NCBI GenBank assembly: GCA_964534625.1
Contig: CAZHRF010000031.1
Location: 1-38,253 of the forward strand
Reading direction: 5' to 3'
From: an uncultured archaeon
GTDB taxonomy: Archaea > Asgardarchaeota > Heimdallarchaeia > Heimdallarchaeales > Heimdallarchaeaceae
Length of the DNA: 38,253 nucleotides
Shown: positions 1 through 10,381 of the stretch, piece by piece
Numbering within the stretch: the first letter of the stretch is position 1
How the letters are laid out: each line of letters starts with the position of its first letter
The notes under the pieces: generated by a model
What the model was told of the DNA's origin: nothing
Seen by the model: only the letters and a program-made list of their open reading frames with translations
Databases searched by the model: none
Translations under genes and position numbers: made by a program

Positions 1-309
1 ACATGCATATCTATAATATTTTCTAATCTTATTAAAGATTAGTTCTGTGCAACCAAGCACACTTTCAGTTTAAGTACCGATAGGGATAGGTACTTCAAAC
101 ATATTATAAAGTTATGAGTATATAAAATAAAAGAATAATACCAGTCATTATTAACAATCAAATCCATTATTAGCATAACAATCAATCAAGTGAGGAGGAT
201 TATTTCATAGATCATTTAGTTTTTACGTTAATTCGGATAACTAATTTATTATAAAAGTTTAAATGTGAGATTTATCTTATTTTCATGCAAATATCTTTGG
301 TGCTTACAA

Positions 310-1383
310 ATGGACATTACTGCCAAAATTTCTCAAATAAATTACAAAACTTTTTTGCATCGGCAGAACTTGAACACCTATGAACTTGATAATCTTCAAA
401 AAGCTTTAGCTGGTCGGAGTTCAGTTTTTATCCTTGATGTCGATAATTTTTCTAAAGTTGCTGTTAGTTATTGGGTTACTCCTAAACGTACCCGTTCTTA
501 TCCTTTTAGTAGGGTTTATGATACTTTAGGGTTCAATGGTAAACGTTTAACAATTATACCAGTTTTTAAAGATGAGGGAAAAGATGGTGATCGGGATTAT
601 CTTCAATGGGATACCGTTGCTCTTATGAGTCTTTTGAGTATTAATGTAATTTTGGGGTTTTATGTCGATGCTATTAAAAATCCTCGTTATGACCATAAAA
701 TTACAAGGCAACGTCATAATACTGATTATCTTAAATCCAAAATCCTTTCCCTTCTTGAACATCAGTGGGACGCCCTACACTGGAATATTAAACAAATAGA
801 ACAAATTGAAGTTATCACGTTGCAAGCTCTCAATTCATATGATAAGATTACTAAGAAAACAGGCGTTCAAATGCACTCGGTTGTAGGTGCTAAAAAAAGA
901 ATAGAAGAATTGAGAAAAGGATTAGAAAATTTCAAAGATTTCTCTCGTGAGTTAGCTCACCAAGCTCAAAAACGTGAAGAACTAACTATTCAACCCAAAG
1001 AAAAGATTAGGGGGGAAAAAGCCACAATTACAATCGAAAATTTCTTGGGAGGCAATTATTATCTTACTTGTGATGAGTATAACATCATTGATAATACTAT
1101 CCAACTAATTGAAGCTAAACACACTAAAAAAGATAAATTACCATCTAAGAGTGATATCAAGGAAGGGTTGTTCAAGATGATTCTTTTTACTAATCTTGAG
1201 CAAGTCCAAGCTGAAGGTATTTATTATGAACCACAACCTATCCTAAAATTAACTACAGGTAAAGAGTTTAAACTTAACAAAATGTCTAAGAATGATAAGA
1301 GAACCCTAGACATATTGAAAGAGGAAGCTAAGTTCAATAATTTCAAAATCATTCTGAATAATAATTTAATATTGTCAAATTGA
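310..1383 (+). CDS. Putative PD-(D/E)XK-fold nuclease (restriction endonuclease-like)
   Basis: Long ORF. The track starts at GTG 265, but ATG 310 (MDITAKI) is more plausible. The C-terminal part has a D...(D/E)xK pattern (TCDEYNIIDNTIQLIEAKH). The protein is basic and soluble. Confidence 0.5.
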   Translation: MDITAKISQINYKTFLHRQNLNTYELDNLQKALAGRSSVFILDVDNFSKVAVSYWVTPKRTRSYPFSRVYDTLGFNGKRLTIIPVFKDEGKDGDRDYLQWDTVALMSLLSINVILGFYVDAIKNPRYDHKITRQRHNTDYLKSKILSLLEHQWDALHWNIKQIEQIEVITLQALNSYDKITKKTGVQMHSVVGAKKRIEELRKGLENFKDFSRELAHQAQKREELTIQPKEKIRGEKATITIENFLGGNYYLTCDEYNIIDNTIQLIEAKHTKKDKLPSKSDIKEGLFKMILFTNLEQVQAEGIYYEPQPILKLTTGKEFKLNKMSKNDKRTLDILKEEAKFNNFKIILNNNLILSN

Positions 1384-2253
1384 GTACCAAGTTTTTTTGA
1401 TTCTTCATGTCTTATTTATCGTTTATTTCCATAAAAAAGAGGACACACTCCTCTTCCTTCATATCAAAAAATCTTTTGAATAAGGAACATATTTTTTTCA
1501 TCTAAATTACTCCATACGCGTTGCATTTTTTTGAATCAAATCTATCTAATTTACAACCCTTAATTTTATCTTTTACTTGCAAGTTGGGTTTATATTGGTT
1601 TTAATAATGTCAAATTAGTTGCAATAGGCATGGGAGGGGATATTTTTGTTCATTCATTCAAATGTTATTGTTTATTATTATTTTAAGTCTGTACAAAGAT
1701 TGGTAGAACATATGCTATAATAGAGGTATTTAAGAATATGTAATCTAATTTTTCCATTGTATTTATGCATCTAAGCAGTTTGATAACTTAATTATTTAGA
1801 TAGGATTATTTACATTTCTATGTTGTTTATGTGGTTCTTTCTTCAGATTTGAATCAACACAAAAAGGAGCAACCATATCAAAAAATGATTTATGCATAAA
1901 GAATAACGATTTATCTGTACTTTTTTCACCCCTAGGAAGCAGATGAAGGGAGAACTGTTGGTGATATATTTCATAAAGTCCGAGTTTTGTTTGAAATTGT
2001 TTATTTCTTTACATAAATGTGCCTCCGTTTCTTTATTAGTCTAATCTAAATAGGGGATGAAACACTTACATTTATCTGTGTTCTAGTTTTTTTATAAATT
2101 ATCTTCCTAGTAGGTCTCCTATCTAATATCCCACCATATTAGAAAATACAAGAGATCTTACTAGATAGTAGGGAGACGATGAACTTAAGGTGTTAGATGA
2201 AATAGCAGATAAAGAAAATCAGATCGTGAAACTCTAGTGAGTGAAGAACTTTC

Positions 2254-2548
2254 TATTTTTACCTAACCTAGCCAGAATGCCCACTCACTTGGGTTTGTCC
2301 TTCTTGTTCTGCTACCCACGATAGAGATACTAATGCTGCCCATAATTTATTTGTTGAAGGTTGTCGCCTTCTTACTACTCACCATCATTGTACCGTAGGT
2401 ACTACGGGAACGTACGCCTGTGGAGAAGTTGTCATTCCTCTGCGTTTTCTCTATTATCATTTGTTTGGTCATAGTCTTCGTTATTCTTTTTCTTTTGAGG
2501 GTGCTTCTATGAAAAGGAAACCTCATCCTTTAGGGTGGGGTAGTTCAT
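2254..2548 (+). mobile_element. tnpB: Internally deleted IS200/IS605-family relic: left-end segment + tnpB 3' end/omega-RNA region + right end
   Basis: The frame from 2290 reads WVCPSCSATHDRDTNAAHNL...TVGTTGTYACGE, the TnpB Zn-ribbon/RuvC-III end. It finishes in the right-end hairpin CCTCATCCTTTAGGGTGGGG followed by TAGTTCAT. The 5' part TATTTTTACCTAACCTAGCCAGAATGCCCACTC matches the element at 14884-14937. Confidence 0.85.
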
Positions 2549-2615
2549 TTTTTATTTCACCAGATAACAGACTACAAAATTAAAGCAAAAAATAAAAAAA
2601 AATATAAAAACAGGG

Positions 2616-3509
2616 CTAAGCTGGTGTTGCTTGTCCATCTTTTTGTTTAAACGCATTCTGCATGGTATTAGCGTCATAATCTCCAGGTACTTTTCCTGTA
2701 TCTGCATATACGAATAATGCAGTATTAAAGATCTGATGGGCTAATCCAAAGACTAGAAGTAGAATTATGAAGACTACAGCTGTAACACCTAGGCCAATGA
2801 ATAAACCAACTGGACCAATTAACATGAATAGAACAACAGTTAATATTCCGCCTAGAACAAGTACTAGAAAAGCGAATATAGCTTGCATTATACCCAAACC
2901 AAAATGTCTAGCTAAACTCTCGCCCCAAGTCTTTTTAAGCGTTTGAACCGATTTTTTAATCGCGTCACCTGGTCCTACATCATGATAGACGAGCACTGGA
3001 ACCACAAATATAGTCACTATATTCCACGCTATAGATACAATATTTCTCACAATAATAAGTAATATACTTCCCCATTTACCCGCTTTTTGAGCAAGTTGAT
3101 CAAGGATATACATAAGTAAACCAACTGTTGCAGAGAGTAAACTCCATTGGAATATTCGCCACGTTTTAGAAAAAGCAAATTTTAAACTACTACCGATTGT
3201 AGCATTTTGCCCTTCAAAACGCATTTTTGCAGTATAAACAGTACATACGTTAAAGAATGTAGCTATAAACGCCAAACCCAGATATGTGGCAAAAACGAGT
3301 ATATACTCAACAATTTGAAACTCGACTTCACCAACTCCTTCTTGAATCATAATCCAGATTATTCTTGGGACTAACAAGGCTGCAGAATAAAGAAGTGAGA
3401 AAAATCCGCTTAATAGTGGGTAGATTAGTAGTTCTTTATCTTTGCCTATGACCCCGAAGGAAAGTTTGGTGATCTGCCAACTTCTGCCTATTGTTTCTTT
3501 TATTGACAT
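2616..3509 (-). CDS. DUF6159-like multi-pass membrane protein
   Basis: N-terminal RSWQITKLSFGVIGKDKELLIYPLLS pattern, about 6 hydrophobic segments, FVVPVLV...AIKKS...LKKTWGE motif. SD GGAGGT upstream. Confidence 0.75.
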   Translation of the reverse strand: MSIKETIGRSWQITKLSFGVIGKDKELLIYPLLSGFFSLLYSAALLVPRIIWIMIQEGVGEVEFQIVEYILVFATYLGLAFIATFFNVCTVYTAKMRFEGQNATIGSSLKFAFSKTWRIFQWSLLSATVGLLMYILDQLAQKAGKWGSILLIIVRNIVSIAWNIVTIFVVPVLVYHDVGPGDAIKKSVQTLKKTWGESLARHFGLGIMQAIFAFLVLVLGGILTVVLFMLIGPVGLFIGLGVTAVVFIILLLVFGLAHQIFNTALFVYADTGKVPGDYDANTMQNAFKQKDGQATPA

Positions 3510-3773
3510 AATTTTTTTACCTCCTATAGAAGTATATGTAATATTAATAATGAATTAATAAAGTTTTCACCGTCTTTTTCTCTTTTTCTTGTTTCAAAAA
3601 AATTAACATTGCAATTCGTACCATCGTATTTTCTCTAAGATTAGAGAGGTATCATTCTCTTTTATTTACTCATTTTAGAGTTATCCGCAAGTGTTTTTCT
3701 CATTTTTTGGAATTATTCTTTTTGGTCTTGAGAAAAGTTTTTATCATAATTCTCAGAGTAAACAACGATTACT

Positions 3774-5597
3774 ATGACGAAAGAAATAACTCTAGAAAAA
3801 TTAGCAAGTATACCCCTTGTCAAGTTAATTAAGCCCAATAAAGCCAAAGATAAAGTAGGGTTTTACTGGGATGAAAGCGGTCAAAATGAATTCTATGTTC
3901 TTGATCTTACGACATACAAATGGGAACGCTTAACAGATGGTGAGCTTCCCAGAGCTATACGTGCTGGATATATTTGGTTACCTGGAGATGAAGAGATTAC
4001 GTTCACGCGTGACAAAGATGGCAATGAACAACACGATATTTTTCTCTTTAATATCAAAACAAAAAAGACAAAACAGTTAACAGAAACACCTGATGCTCAA
4101 GAAACACCATTGGACACTAGTCCCGACGGTCAATTTTTGGCTTTTAACTCGACTAGAAATGGACAGATGAATATTCACAAACTAAATCTTGAAACTGGTG
4201 AAGTAGAACAGCTTACCGATCACAAAGCCCCTACTTGGTCTGAAGGTATATGGTCTAAAGACAATTTGATCTATTATTCAACCAATGAAACCAAAAATCT
4301 TCGTAATAGAGACATCTATCGTGTAAAAGGTGATGGTAGTACAATTGAGCGTGTACTTCAAGTCACTGACGATTCACAAGAATCTGCTGCTGCTGTCAGC
4401 AAGGATGGTAAGTTCCTTTTAGTTAATTCTAATGCATCTGGTGTCAATCAAGCAGGAATCTATAATCTAAAAACAGAGGAAATTACATGGTTAGGTGAAG
4501 GCAAATACGACGAATATGCGCAAAAATTGTCAGAAGATGGTAAAAGGGCTTTAGTTGGTAGAAACAAAGAAGCAGAGATTTCAGCTTTAATTTATGATAT
4601 AGAAACTGGAGAATTAATGCATGAAATAAATCCTGGTGGAGTGATTAGTGATGTAAAGTTCATCGAAGATGATAGTAAAATCATCTATACACGAAATGAT
4701 CCTTTACATGCTCAGATGACAGCCATTTATGATATTAACGCTAAGAAAGAGAAAATAATCATTCAACCCCAAACAGATCTACAAGAGAAGGATTTCTACA
4801 GTACAGAATATATCAGATATGATTCATTTGACGGTACACAAATTCCAGCTATCATGTGTAAACCTAAAATCGAAAAGGGAAAGAAATATCCTGCAGTTGT
4901 ACTTGTGCATGGTGGCCCTACGGGGCAATATTTCAGAAATTTCAATATGTTCGGTCAAATTTTCGCCCATAATGGCTTTGTCATTCTCATGCCCAACATC
5001 CGAGGGTCTACAGGTTATGGTAAAGACTTTATGGAGGCAAATTACAAAGATTGGGGACAAGGCGATGCTAAGGATGTTATTCGTGGCAAGAAGTATCTTG
5101 AAACATTAGATTATGTTGATGCAGACAGTATAGGAGTCTTTGGCGGTTCTTACGGTGGGTTTATGACTTTCCTTCAAATGACCAAATATGCCGATGCTAG
5201 TTGGGCTGCTGGTTCTGCATGGATAGGGATTTCTCACTTAAAAACATTCTATGATCTATCTAAACCACATTTCAAATATTTCGTAGAAAGCCACCTAGGC
5301 AAATATCAAGAGAATAAGGAACTTTGGGAAGATAGCAGTGCAATGAATCATATTGAAAAGATTAAATCGCCCATTCAGATGATCCATGGGGTTAATGATC
5401 CCCGATGTCCTGTTGAAGAATCTAGACAATTCCGTGACGCCCTTATTGAAATGGGTTGGGAAGAAGCTGAAGAAGGGGATAAAACATATGAATATGTAGA
5501 ATTCAGTGAAGAGGGACATGGGGCAATGTCTGATATATCCATGCGCATTCGAACCTTTAAACTCATGTTGGACTTCTTTGACAGACGACTAAAATAA
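3774..5597 (+). CDS. S9 family (prolyl oligopeptidase/acylaminoacyl peptidase) serine peptidase with beta-propeller
   Basis: VHGGP, NIRGSTGYG, nucleophile GGSYGG, Asp in HGVNDPRC, His in EEGHG. N-terminal TolB/PD40-like repeats (SPDGQFLAF). Confidence 0.95.
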   Translation: MTKEITLEKLASIPLVKLIKPNKAKDKVGFYWDESGQNEFYVLDLTTYKWERLTDGELPRAIRAGYIWLPGDEEITFTRDKDGNEQHDIFLFNIKTKKTKQLTETPDAQETPLDTSPDGQFLAFNSTRNGQMNIHKLNLETGEVEQLTDHKAPTWSEGIWSKDNLIYYSTNETKNLRNRDIYRVKGDGSTIERVLQVTDDSQESAAAVSKDGKFLLVNSNASGVNQAGIYNLKTEEITWLGEGKYDEYAQKLSEDGKRALVGRNKEAEISALIYDIETGELMHEINPGGVISDVKFIEDDSKIIYTRNDPLHAQMTAIYDINAKKEKIIIQPQTDLQEKDFYSTEYIRYDSFDGTQIPAIMCKPKIEKGKKYPAVVLVHGGPTGQYFRNFNMFGQIFAHNGFVILMPNIRGSTGYGKDFMEANYKDWGQGDAKDVIRGKKYLETLDYVDADSIGVFGGSYGGFMTFLQMTKYADASWAAGSAWIGISHLKTFYDLSKPHFKYFVESHLGKYQENKELWEDSSAMNHIEKIKSPIQMIHGVNDPRCPVEESRQFRDALIEMGWEEAEEGDKTYEYVEFSEEGHGAMSDISMRIRTFKLMLDFFDRRLK

Positions 5598-5650
5598 AGA
5601 GTTTTCTATGTATATTCTTTTTTTCTTTTACTTTTTTCTTTTTATGCTTT

Positions 5651-6877
5651 TCATGAGTTTAATGCAATATATACGAACCTATCTTTGAAAAATTCAACTA
5701 CTTGTTCTTTCTTTGGATAATTAGAAACCTTCTCAATTTTTTTTACAAAATCTTCAAAGTTTTTTTCCCAATATTCACGATTTAAAAGTAAATACTCAAA
5801 TTCCTTAGGGATTATTATAAGTAAACAGATATAACTTAAGGATTTGGATTTTTTTTCATTCGCTTCATTTCCTATGTGCTCTGTCAAGATTAACCCTGCA
5901 TAACTTTCTGATGTGGGAACTGTTATAATTGCTGAACCTTTGCTAAATTCCTTTTTCACCCAACTACCTTGCAAAGTTAAACCTAAGACTGCCATGTTTT
6001 CTATTAAAGATATTTTATTATCTCTTCCTTGGATAAATTTTAACCCCGTAAAATGCAATATTTCTGGCCCTATATCAGTTAAATATGTAGAAATTATTGA
6101 AATTTCTTCATTTTCTATCATTTTTATCAAAATTCTCGAATATGAATATGTCCTCCCCGGTTCCACCCAAGAAGCATAAAATATGAAACTGGTTGCTATT
6201 AATACTATCAGACGATTGATAATATAAAGAAAACTATATAGCATAAGATAGGAAGTGAGAAAAAATTCACTTAGAAAAATCAAAGCTCCTAAAGAAAGAG
6301 AAATTTTTCCAATGATGTATGTTTTCTCTGCAGATGTACCTTTTTTCCAATCTGATCTGTTTGGTCCCATAGAACCTATAACGAATATTGTTACTATACC
6401 CCATAAACACCCAAAAAATAACATCGACGGATCAAGTTCCGATTTTGGTATTAAGTCATTTATTTTTGTCACCCTTACATATCTAATTGAGGGATATATA
6501 ACAGGAACTAAGATGAACCCTATGATTATACTGCCAATAATTATGGATGAATTCTTGAATATTTTTTCAACTAGATTATTCCGAGTAGATTTATTATAAA
6601 CCAGAATGATTGAACCTACAACCAAAAGTAAAGTAATAAAAATATTGTATCTTTGCACAGCCATTGTGTCAGGGAGATACACTGAAATAAAAGTAGTTAC
6701 AGCCCAAAAGGTATAACAAAGATAACCAAAAGTAGTTAAATAGACTTTTTTACTCTTATATTTTTTAAGCATTTTAAATGCAATACTATTTATTAAGAAA
6801 AATAAGAAGAGCGCGAAAATAAAACACAAATCAATGATCACACGGAAGGCATTTCCAAACTCTTCAAAAAAACACAT
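5651..6877 (-). CDS. 7-TM membrane protein with C-terminal longin/uDENN-like cytoplasmic domain
   Basis: Seven hydrophobic segments in residues ~12-237, then a soluble alpha/beta domain starting ISIISTYLTDIGPEIL, reminiscent of the 'F-D-x-x-GP' start of uDENN/longin modules. Confidence 0.55.
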   Translation of the reverse strand: MCFFEEFGNAFRVIIDLCFIFALFLFFLINSIAFKMLKKYKSKKVYLTTFGYLCYTFWAVTTFISVYLPDTMAVQRYNIFITLLLVVGSIILVYNKSTRNNLVEKIFKNSSIIIGSIIIGFILVPVIYPSIRYVRVTKINDLIPKSELDPSMLFFGCLWGIVTIFVIGSMGPNRSDWKKGTSAEKTYIIGKISLSLGALIFLSEFFLTSYLMLYSFLYIINRLIVLIATSFIFYASWVEPGRTYSYSRILIKMIENEEISIISTYLTDIGPEILHFTGLKFIQGRDNKISLIENMAVLGLTLQGSWVKKEFSKGSAIITVPTSESYAGLILTEHIGNEANEKKSKSLSYICLLIIIPKEFEYLLLNREYWEKNFEDFVKKIEKVSNYPKKEQVVEFFKDRFVYIALNS

Positions 6878-7083
6878 GTTTATATTTTTATTTAGAAACT
6901 TATAACTTCTGTGTATACTGACCCCATATTAAATCTATTTTTCTTCTTTTTCTAAATTGTCAAGTATAACAAAGTTTCTCAAAGAGGAGCTTCCCTACTT
7001 TTTTACTCTTCTTTTAATTCGCTTTAGATAAGAATAACATCAAAAACTAAGTAAAAAAGAAAACAAACGAAAACAAAACACAA

Positions 7084-7887
7084 CTAATCTAGTCTGCTTC
7101 CACAATTAGAACAAAACCTTGCAGTCATCTCTTCTACGGGAACTCCACAATTAGGACAAAATCGCGCAGTCTTTGATTTATACTTATTTCCATAATTTTC
7201 TTGGTCAGATGAAATCGATTGCCTTTCATTTAGATTGTTACTTCCATAATTTAAACCATCATATGATTGTTCATTATTATATTGCTGTTGCCAAGCATTA
7301 CTTTGATAATTTGATGAATACTTGCTTGGATATGGTGTTTTTGTCATTATATTTTCTCTCTCTTTTCTTTTTTTATGAGAACGAACTATTAGAAAAATTG
7401 GGATGCCAACTACTAACCCTATGATTATAAAGGGTAAGAAGAGATTAGTGAAAATAGAACTACCTTCATCCAAAGTTTCAGTAGTCTCTAAATAGAGTAA
7501 ATCAATAGTTGCGTTGACAGTAATAGAATCATATTCATTCCATGATTCAAAAGCAAATTCATAAGAACCAATTCCCAATGTAAAGATTCCACTAAAGTTG
7601 CTGATATCAGTTTCCAGGACGTATACATCTATATCATTGCCCTCACAATAAGCAATAACATCACCAGGATCGCACACCCAAAAATCAATAGCTTCTGATG
7701 CTATGAAGCTAATAGTAAATTCAGCAGTATGGGAAATTTCAACTTCAAGATAAGAAACACCATAGGGATTAATCGTTATTTGATCATCAAAAATAGTATC
7801 TGCCTTCGCTCCATGAAGACTTACTAAAATAAGAGCAATAATAATACAAACAAAAAAATGGATTGGTCTGTTTTTCATCAAAAACAC
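7084..7887 (-). CDS. Type I membrane protein: signal peptide, GOLD/p24-like ectodomain, TM helix, low-complexity linker, C-terminal zinc ribbon
   Basis: Signal peptide ending HGAKA-D; beta-rich domain with IDFWVCDP...GSYEFAFES; TM FLPFIIIGLVVGIPIFLIV; N/Q/S/Y-rich linker; FCPNCG...FCSNCG. Confidence 0.65.
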   Translation of the reverse strand: MFLMKNRPIHFFVCIIIALILVSLHGAKADTIFDDQITINPYGVSYLEVEISHTAEFTISFIASEAIDFWVCDPGDVIAYCEGNDIDVYVLETDISNFSGIFTLGIGSYEFAFESWNEYDSITVNATIDLLYLETTETLDEGSSIFTNLFLPFIIIGLVVGIPIFLIVRSHKKRKERENIMTKTPYPSKYSSNYQSNAWQQQYNNEQSYDGLNYGSNNLNERQSISSDQENYGNKYKSKTARFCPNCGVPVEEMTARFCSNCGSRLD

Positions 7888-7965
7888 CTAGACTAAATTA
7901 TAAATATCCACTTTGCATATATAAACATACCCAAATAGTGGACTCTAGGAGAATAAATGAAATAT

Positions 7966-8038
7966 ACCATGGGTTTTTTTGGCCACTTTTGGGTACAAAA
8001 TGTTGTGTTTATATAGGACCATCTTGTAAGAAAGAGTA
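7966..8038 (+). repeat. 73-bp dispersed repeat, copy 1 (copy 2 at 38181-38253)
   Basis: ACCATGGGTTTTTTTGGCCACTTTTGGGTACAAAATGTTGTGTTTATATAGGACCATCTTGTAAGAAAGAGTA is 71/73 identical to the last 73 nt of the window. Confidence 0.95.
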
Positions 8039-8166
8039 GACGTGGAAGAAGAAACTCACAAAAAAAACCAGTTGTACTGGAAACAGTGAGAAAACATAAC
8101 CCACGTGAAAATGACGAGAAAAGAGAAGCAAAAAAGATAGAAAATGCGAAAAGATCAAAAAAAATT

Positions 8167-9912
8167 CTATCTTAGCAGCTTGAAGTATTTCGCAAAATTG
8201 AGGATGTGTTTAATTCCTTTAATTTTTAAGTTACCATTCAATATAACCCTTATCACTTTAATTTTTCCGATTCCAAGACCTATAAATGTTGATTTGTTTG
8301 TCACAATACTAGCATCGGATATTTTCTTTTTTTCTTTTATAATCTTAGGTGTATTTTCTATTTGTTCAAAACTCACTTTACCTGCTTTAAAACTAACTTT
8401 GACTGCCCAACGATCATCTTCAGCAACAATAAGAAGAGAATAATCGTGATCAGCATATTTGTCTTTGAAGGCTTGGTTTTGGTTTAAACCTTTTAACATA
8501 GTGTAAATAATACCTGCAAACCCTTGATACTTACTTGCATCTTCGTATAGAGGGAGAACCATTTCAAAAGATTGTTTCACTTTGTTGAGTATCTCATCGA
8601 TGGTATTTTCCTCCATAGGAGTAGATAATATTAAAGCGGTAACCCCTCGTGAAACAGTATAAATGCCATTAATAGCCATAGCCACTTGGAGATACTTAGA
8701 ATAATCCAGAAAAGGGATAGTGTTGAGAGAGAGCTGTTTAACATCTACAGGTTTTTCTTCAAACATGTGGATATAGGTTAAGGACTGTATCCCGCCCACT
8801 CTTGCTTTCATTCCTAATTCACCAATAATTTTTCTTAATCCCTTTCTTAAACGGTCTCCAAGCACATCTAAATGCTCAATGGCTTGCTTATCATATTTTT
8901 CAAGAGCAATTTTACCAGCCACCATGGACATGGCATTACCACTAAACGTTCCAGAATGTTCAACATGATCTTTGTTTATAGGATTAAACAGATCAAGAAT
9001 GTCTTCTCGACCTCCAAAAGCGCCAATTGGTAGACCACCTCCAATTATCTTGCCGAAAGCAGTTAAATCAGGAGTGACATCAAATAATTCTTGCGCCCCA
9101 CCTAATGATAGGCGAAACGTAATAATTTCATCAAAAATTAACAAAATATTATATTTGGAGGTTAATTTTCTTAATCCTTTGAGATATTCTTTTGTGGCTT
9201 CAACTCCTCCACCCGAGCCCATTACTGGTTCAACTATCATACAAGCTATCTTTTTATGATGTTTTTTCATTATTTTTTCTGCAGCGTTAATGTCATTATA
9301 CGGTACAATATACACATCTCTAGCTATTGATTGTGGTACACCTTTTTCTGGTAACACATTAGGGAGATCAGTAGACGTTAAATCTGCCTTGACATTCACT
9401 TGAACATAATCATGGGCTCCATGATATCCTCCATCAGTTTTAATGATTTTATTTTTACCAGTATATACTCTTGCTGCCCTAATAGCAAACATTGTTGCTT
9501 CTGTTCCTGAATTACAAAAACGTATTGACTCTACTGATGGTGTACGTTCGCAGATTATTTTGGCTAATTCATATTGTATCTTCATCGGGGCAGCATGAGC
9601 TGTTCCTTTTTTTGCTTGTTCACGAATGCCTTCTGTGATATCTTTATCTGCGTGACCATGAAGCAACACAGTCATATTGTTCAGACAATCTATATACTTG
9701 TTTCCATCAACATCTTCAAGATATATTCCTTCTCCTTTTGTAATGAAAAAGGGATAAGGCCAATAATAGGCTATGTTCCTAGTTCCTCCTCCGGGTAAAA
9801 AATTTTGAGCTTCTTGAAAGATCTCTTTTGATCTGCCAGTTTTAGCTTCATATTTTTCAAGTATAGAATCTTTAACTTTAGCTATTTGATCTAGAGTGGG
9901 GTACTTACTCAT
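8167..9912 (-). CDS. Class III PLP aminotransferase (glutamate-1-semialdehyde aminomutase-like) fused to a C-terminal SCP2-like lipid-binding domain
   Basis: FCNSGTEA, GGYHG, LIFDEIIT, PLP lysine in AFGKIIGGGLPIGAFGG, HSGTFSGN. The extra ~120 C-terminal residues end DASIVTNKSTFIGLGIGKIKVIRVILNGNLKIKG, the SCP2 pattern. Confidence 0.85.
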   Translation of the reverse strand: MSKYPTLDQIAKVKDSILEKYEAKTGRSKEIFQEAQNFLPGGGTRNIAYYWPYPFFITKGEGIYLEDVDGNKYIDCLNNMTVLLHGHADKDITEGIREQAKKGTAHAAPMKIQYELAKIICERTPSVESIRFCNSGTEATMFAIRAARVYTGKNKIIKTDGGYHGAHDYVQVNVKADLTSTDLPNVLPEKGVPQSIARDVYIVPYNDINAAEKIMKKHHKKIACMIVEPVMGSGGGVEATKEYLKGLRKLTSKYNILLIFDEIITFRLSLGGAQELFDVTPDLTAFGKIIGGGLPIGAFGGREDILDLFNPINKDHVEHSGTFSGNAMSMVAGKIALEKYDKQAIEHLDVLGDRLRKGLRKIIGELGMKARVGGIQSLTYIHMFEEKPVDVKQLSLNTIPFLDYSKYLQVAMAINGIYTVSRGVTALILSTPMEENTIDEILNKVKQSFEMVLPLYEDASKYQGFAGIIYTMLKGLNQNQAFKDKYADHDYSLLIVAEDDRWAVKVSFKAGKVSFEQIENTPKIIKEKKKISDASIVTNKSTFIGLGIGKIKVIRVILNGNLKIKGIKHILNFAKYFKLLR

Positions 9913-10098
9913 TTATATACCCCCTAGATTGTAACGAATAAAGTTTAAAACTTCAATCACTAGATGAGGGAATTTGAAACCCATATCTGCCACCCATACA
10001 GACAACAAATCATTTTCTGGGAAAAAGATGTTCATAAAGTTCCATTCAATAGAAAAAGTATTTTTTCTGTCAATTTCCTCGTCAAAATTATATCTCAT
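9913..10098 (-). pseudogene. 5' fragment of MalY/PatB-family PLP-dependent C-S lyase
   Basis: MRYNFDEEIDRKNTFSIEW...DLLSVWVADMGF matches the MalY/PatB N-terminus (F-D-x-x-I-D-R-x-x-T-x-S-x-K-W...L-P-M-W-V-A-D-M-D-F), but is only 61 aa of a ~390-aa family. Confidence 0.8.
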
Positions 10099-10381
10099 AT
10101 TTTATTGTTTATAGCCGCAATTTAAGTTTTTTTTCATGAACTTCAAAGTCATCTCAGTAAACATGTTTACAATGGTTTAATCATACTTAGCTGTCCATAT
10201 ATCTCTCAAGTGACAGGAATTCTAAGGCTATGTTTTTTTCGCTTTTTCTGTCATTTTAATACAAAAAATTGTATTTTTAATAAGATAAAGCTTTGCTAAT
10301 ACTTCATTGATTTATCAAAATGTGGTCTTTATTCGTTATTCCACATCCTCTAACCTATACCTTTATGTATATTAATCACAT

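Noticed and set aside
232-243. TTCGGATAACT motif (also near 25566) resembling the 108-bp element ends
   Set aside because: No matching opposite end at a suitable distance; too short to support.
1384-2253. Long non-coding stretch possibly holding an ncRNA or pseudogene
   Set aside because: No tRNA, rRNA or repeat structure and no recognisable protein fragment could be identified by eye.
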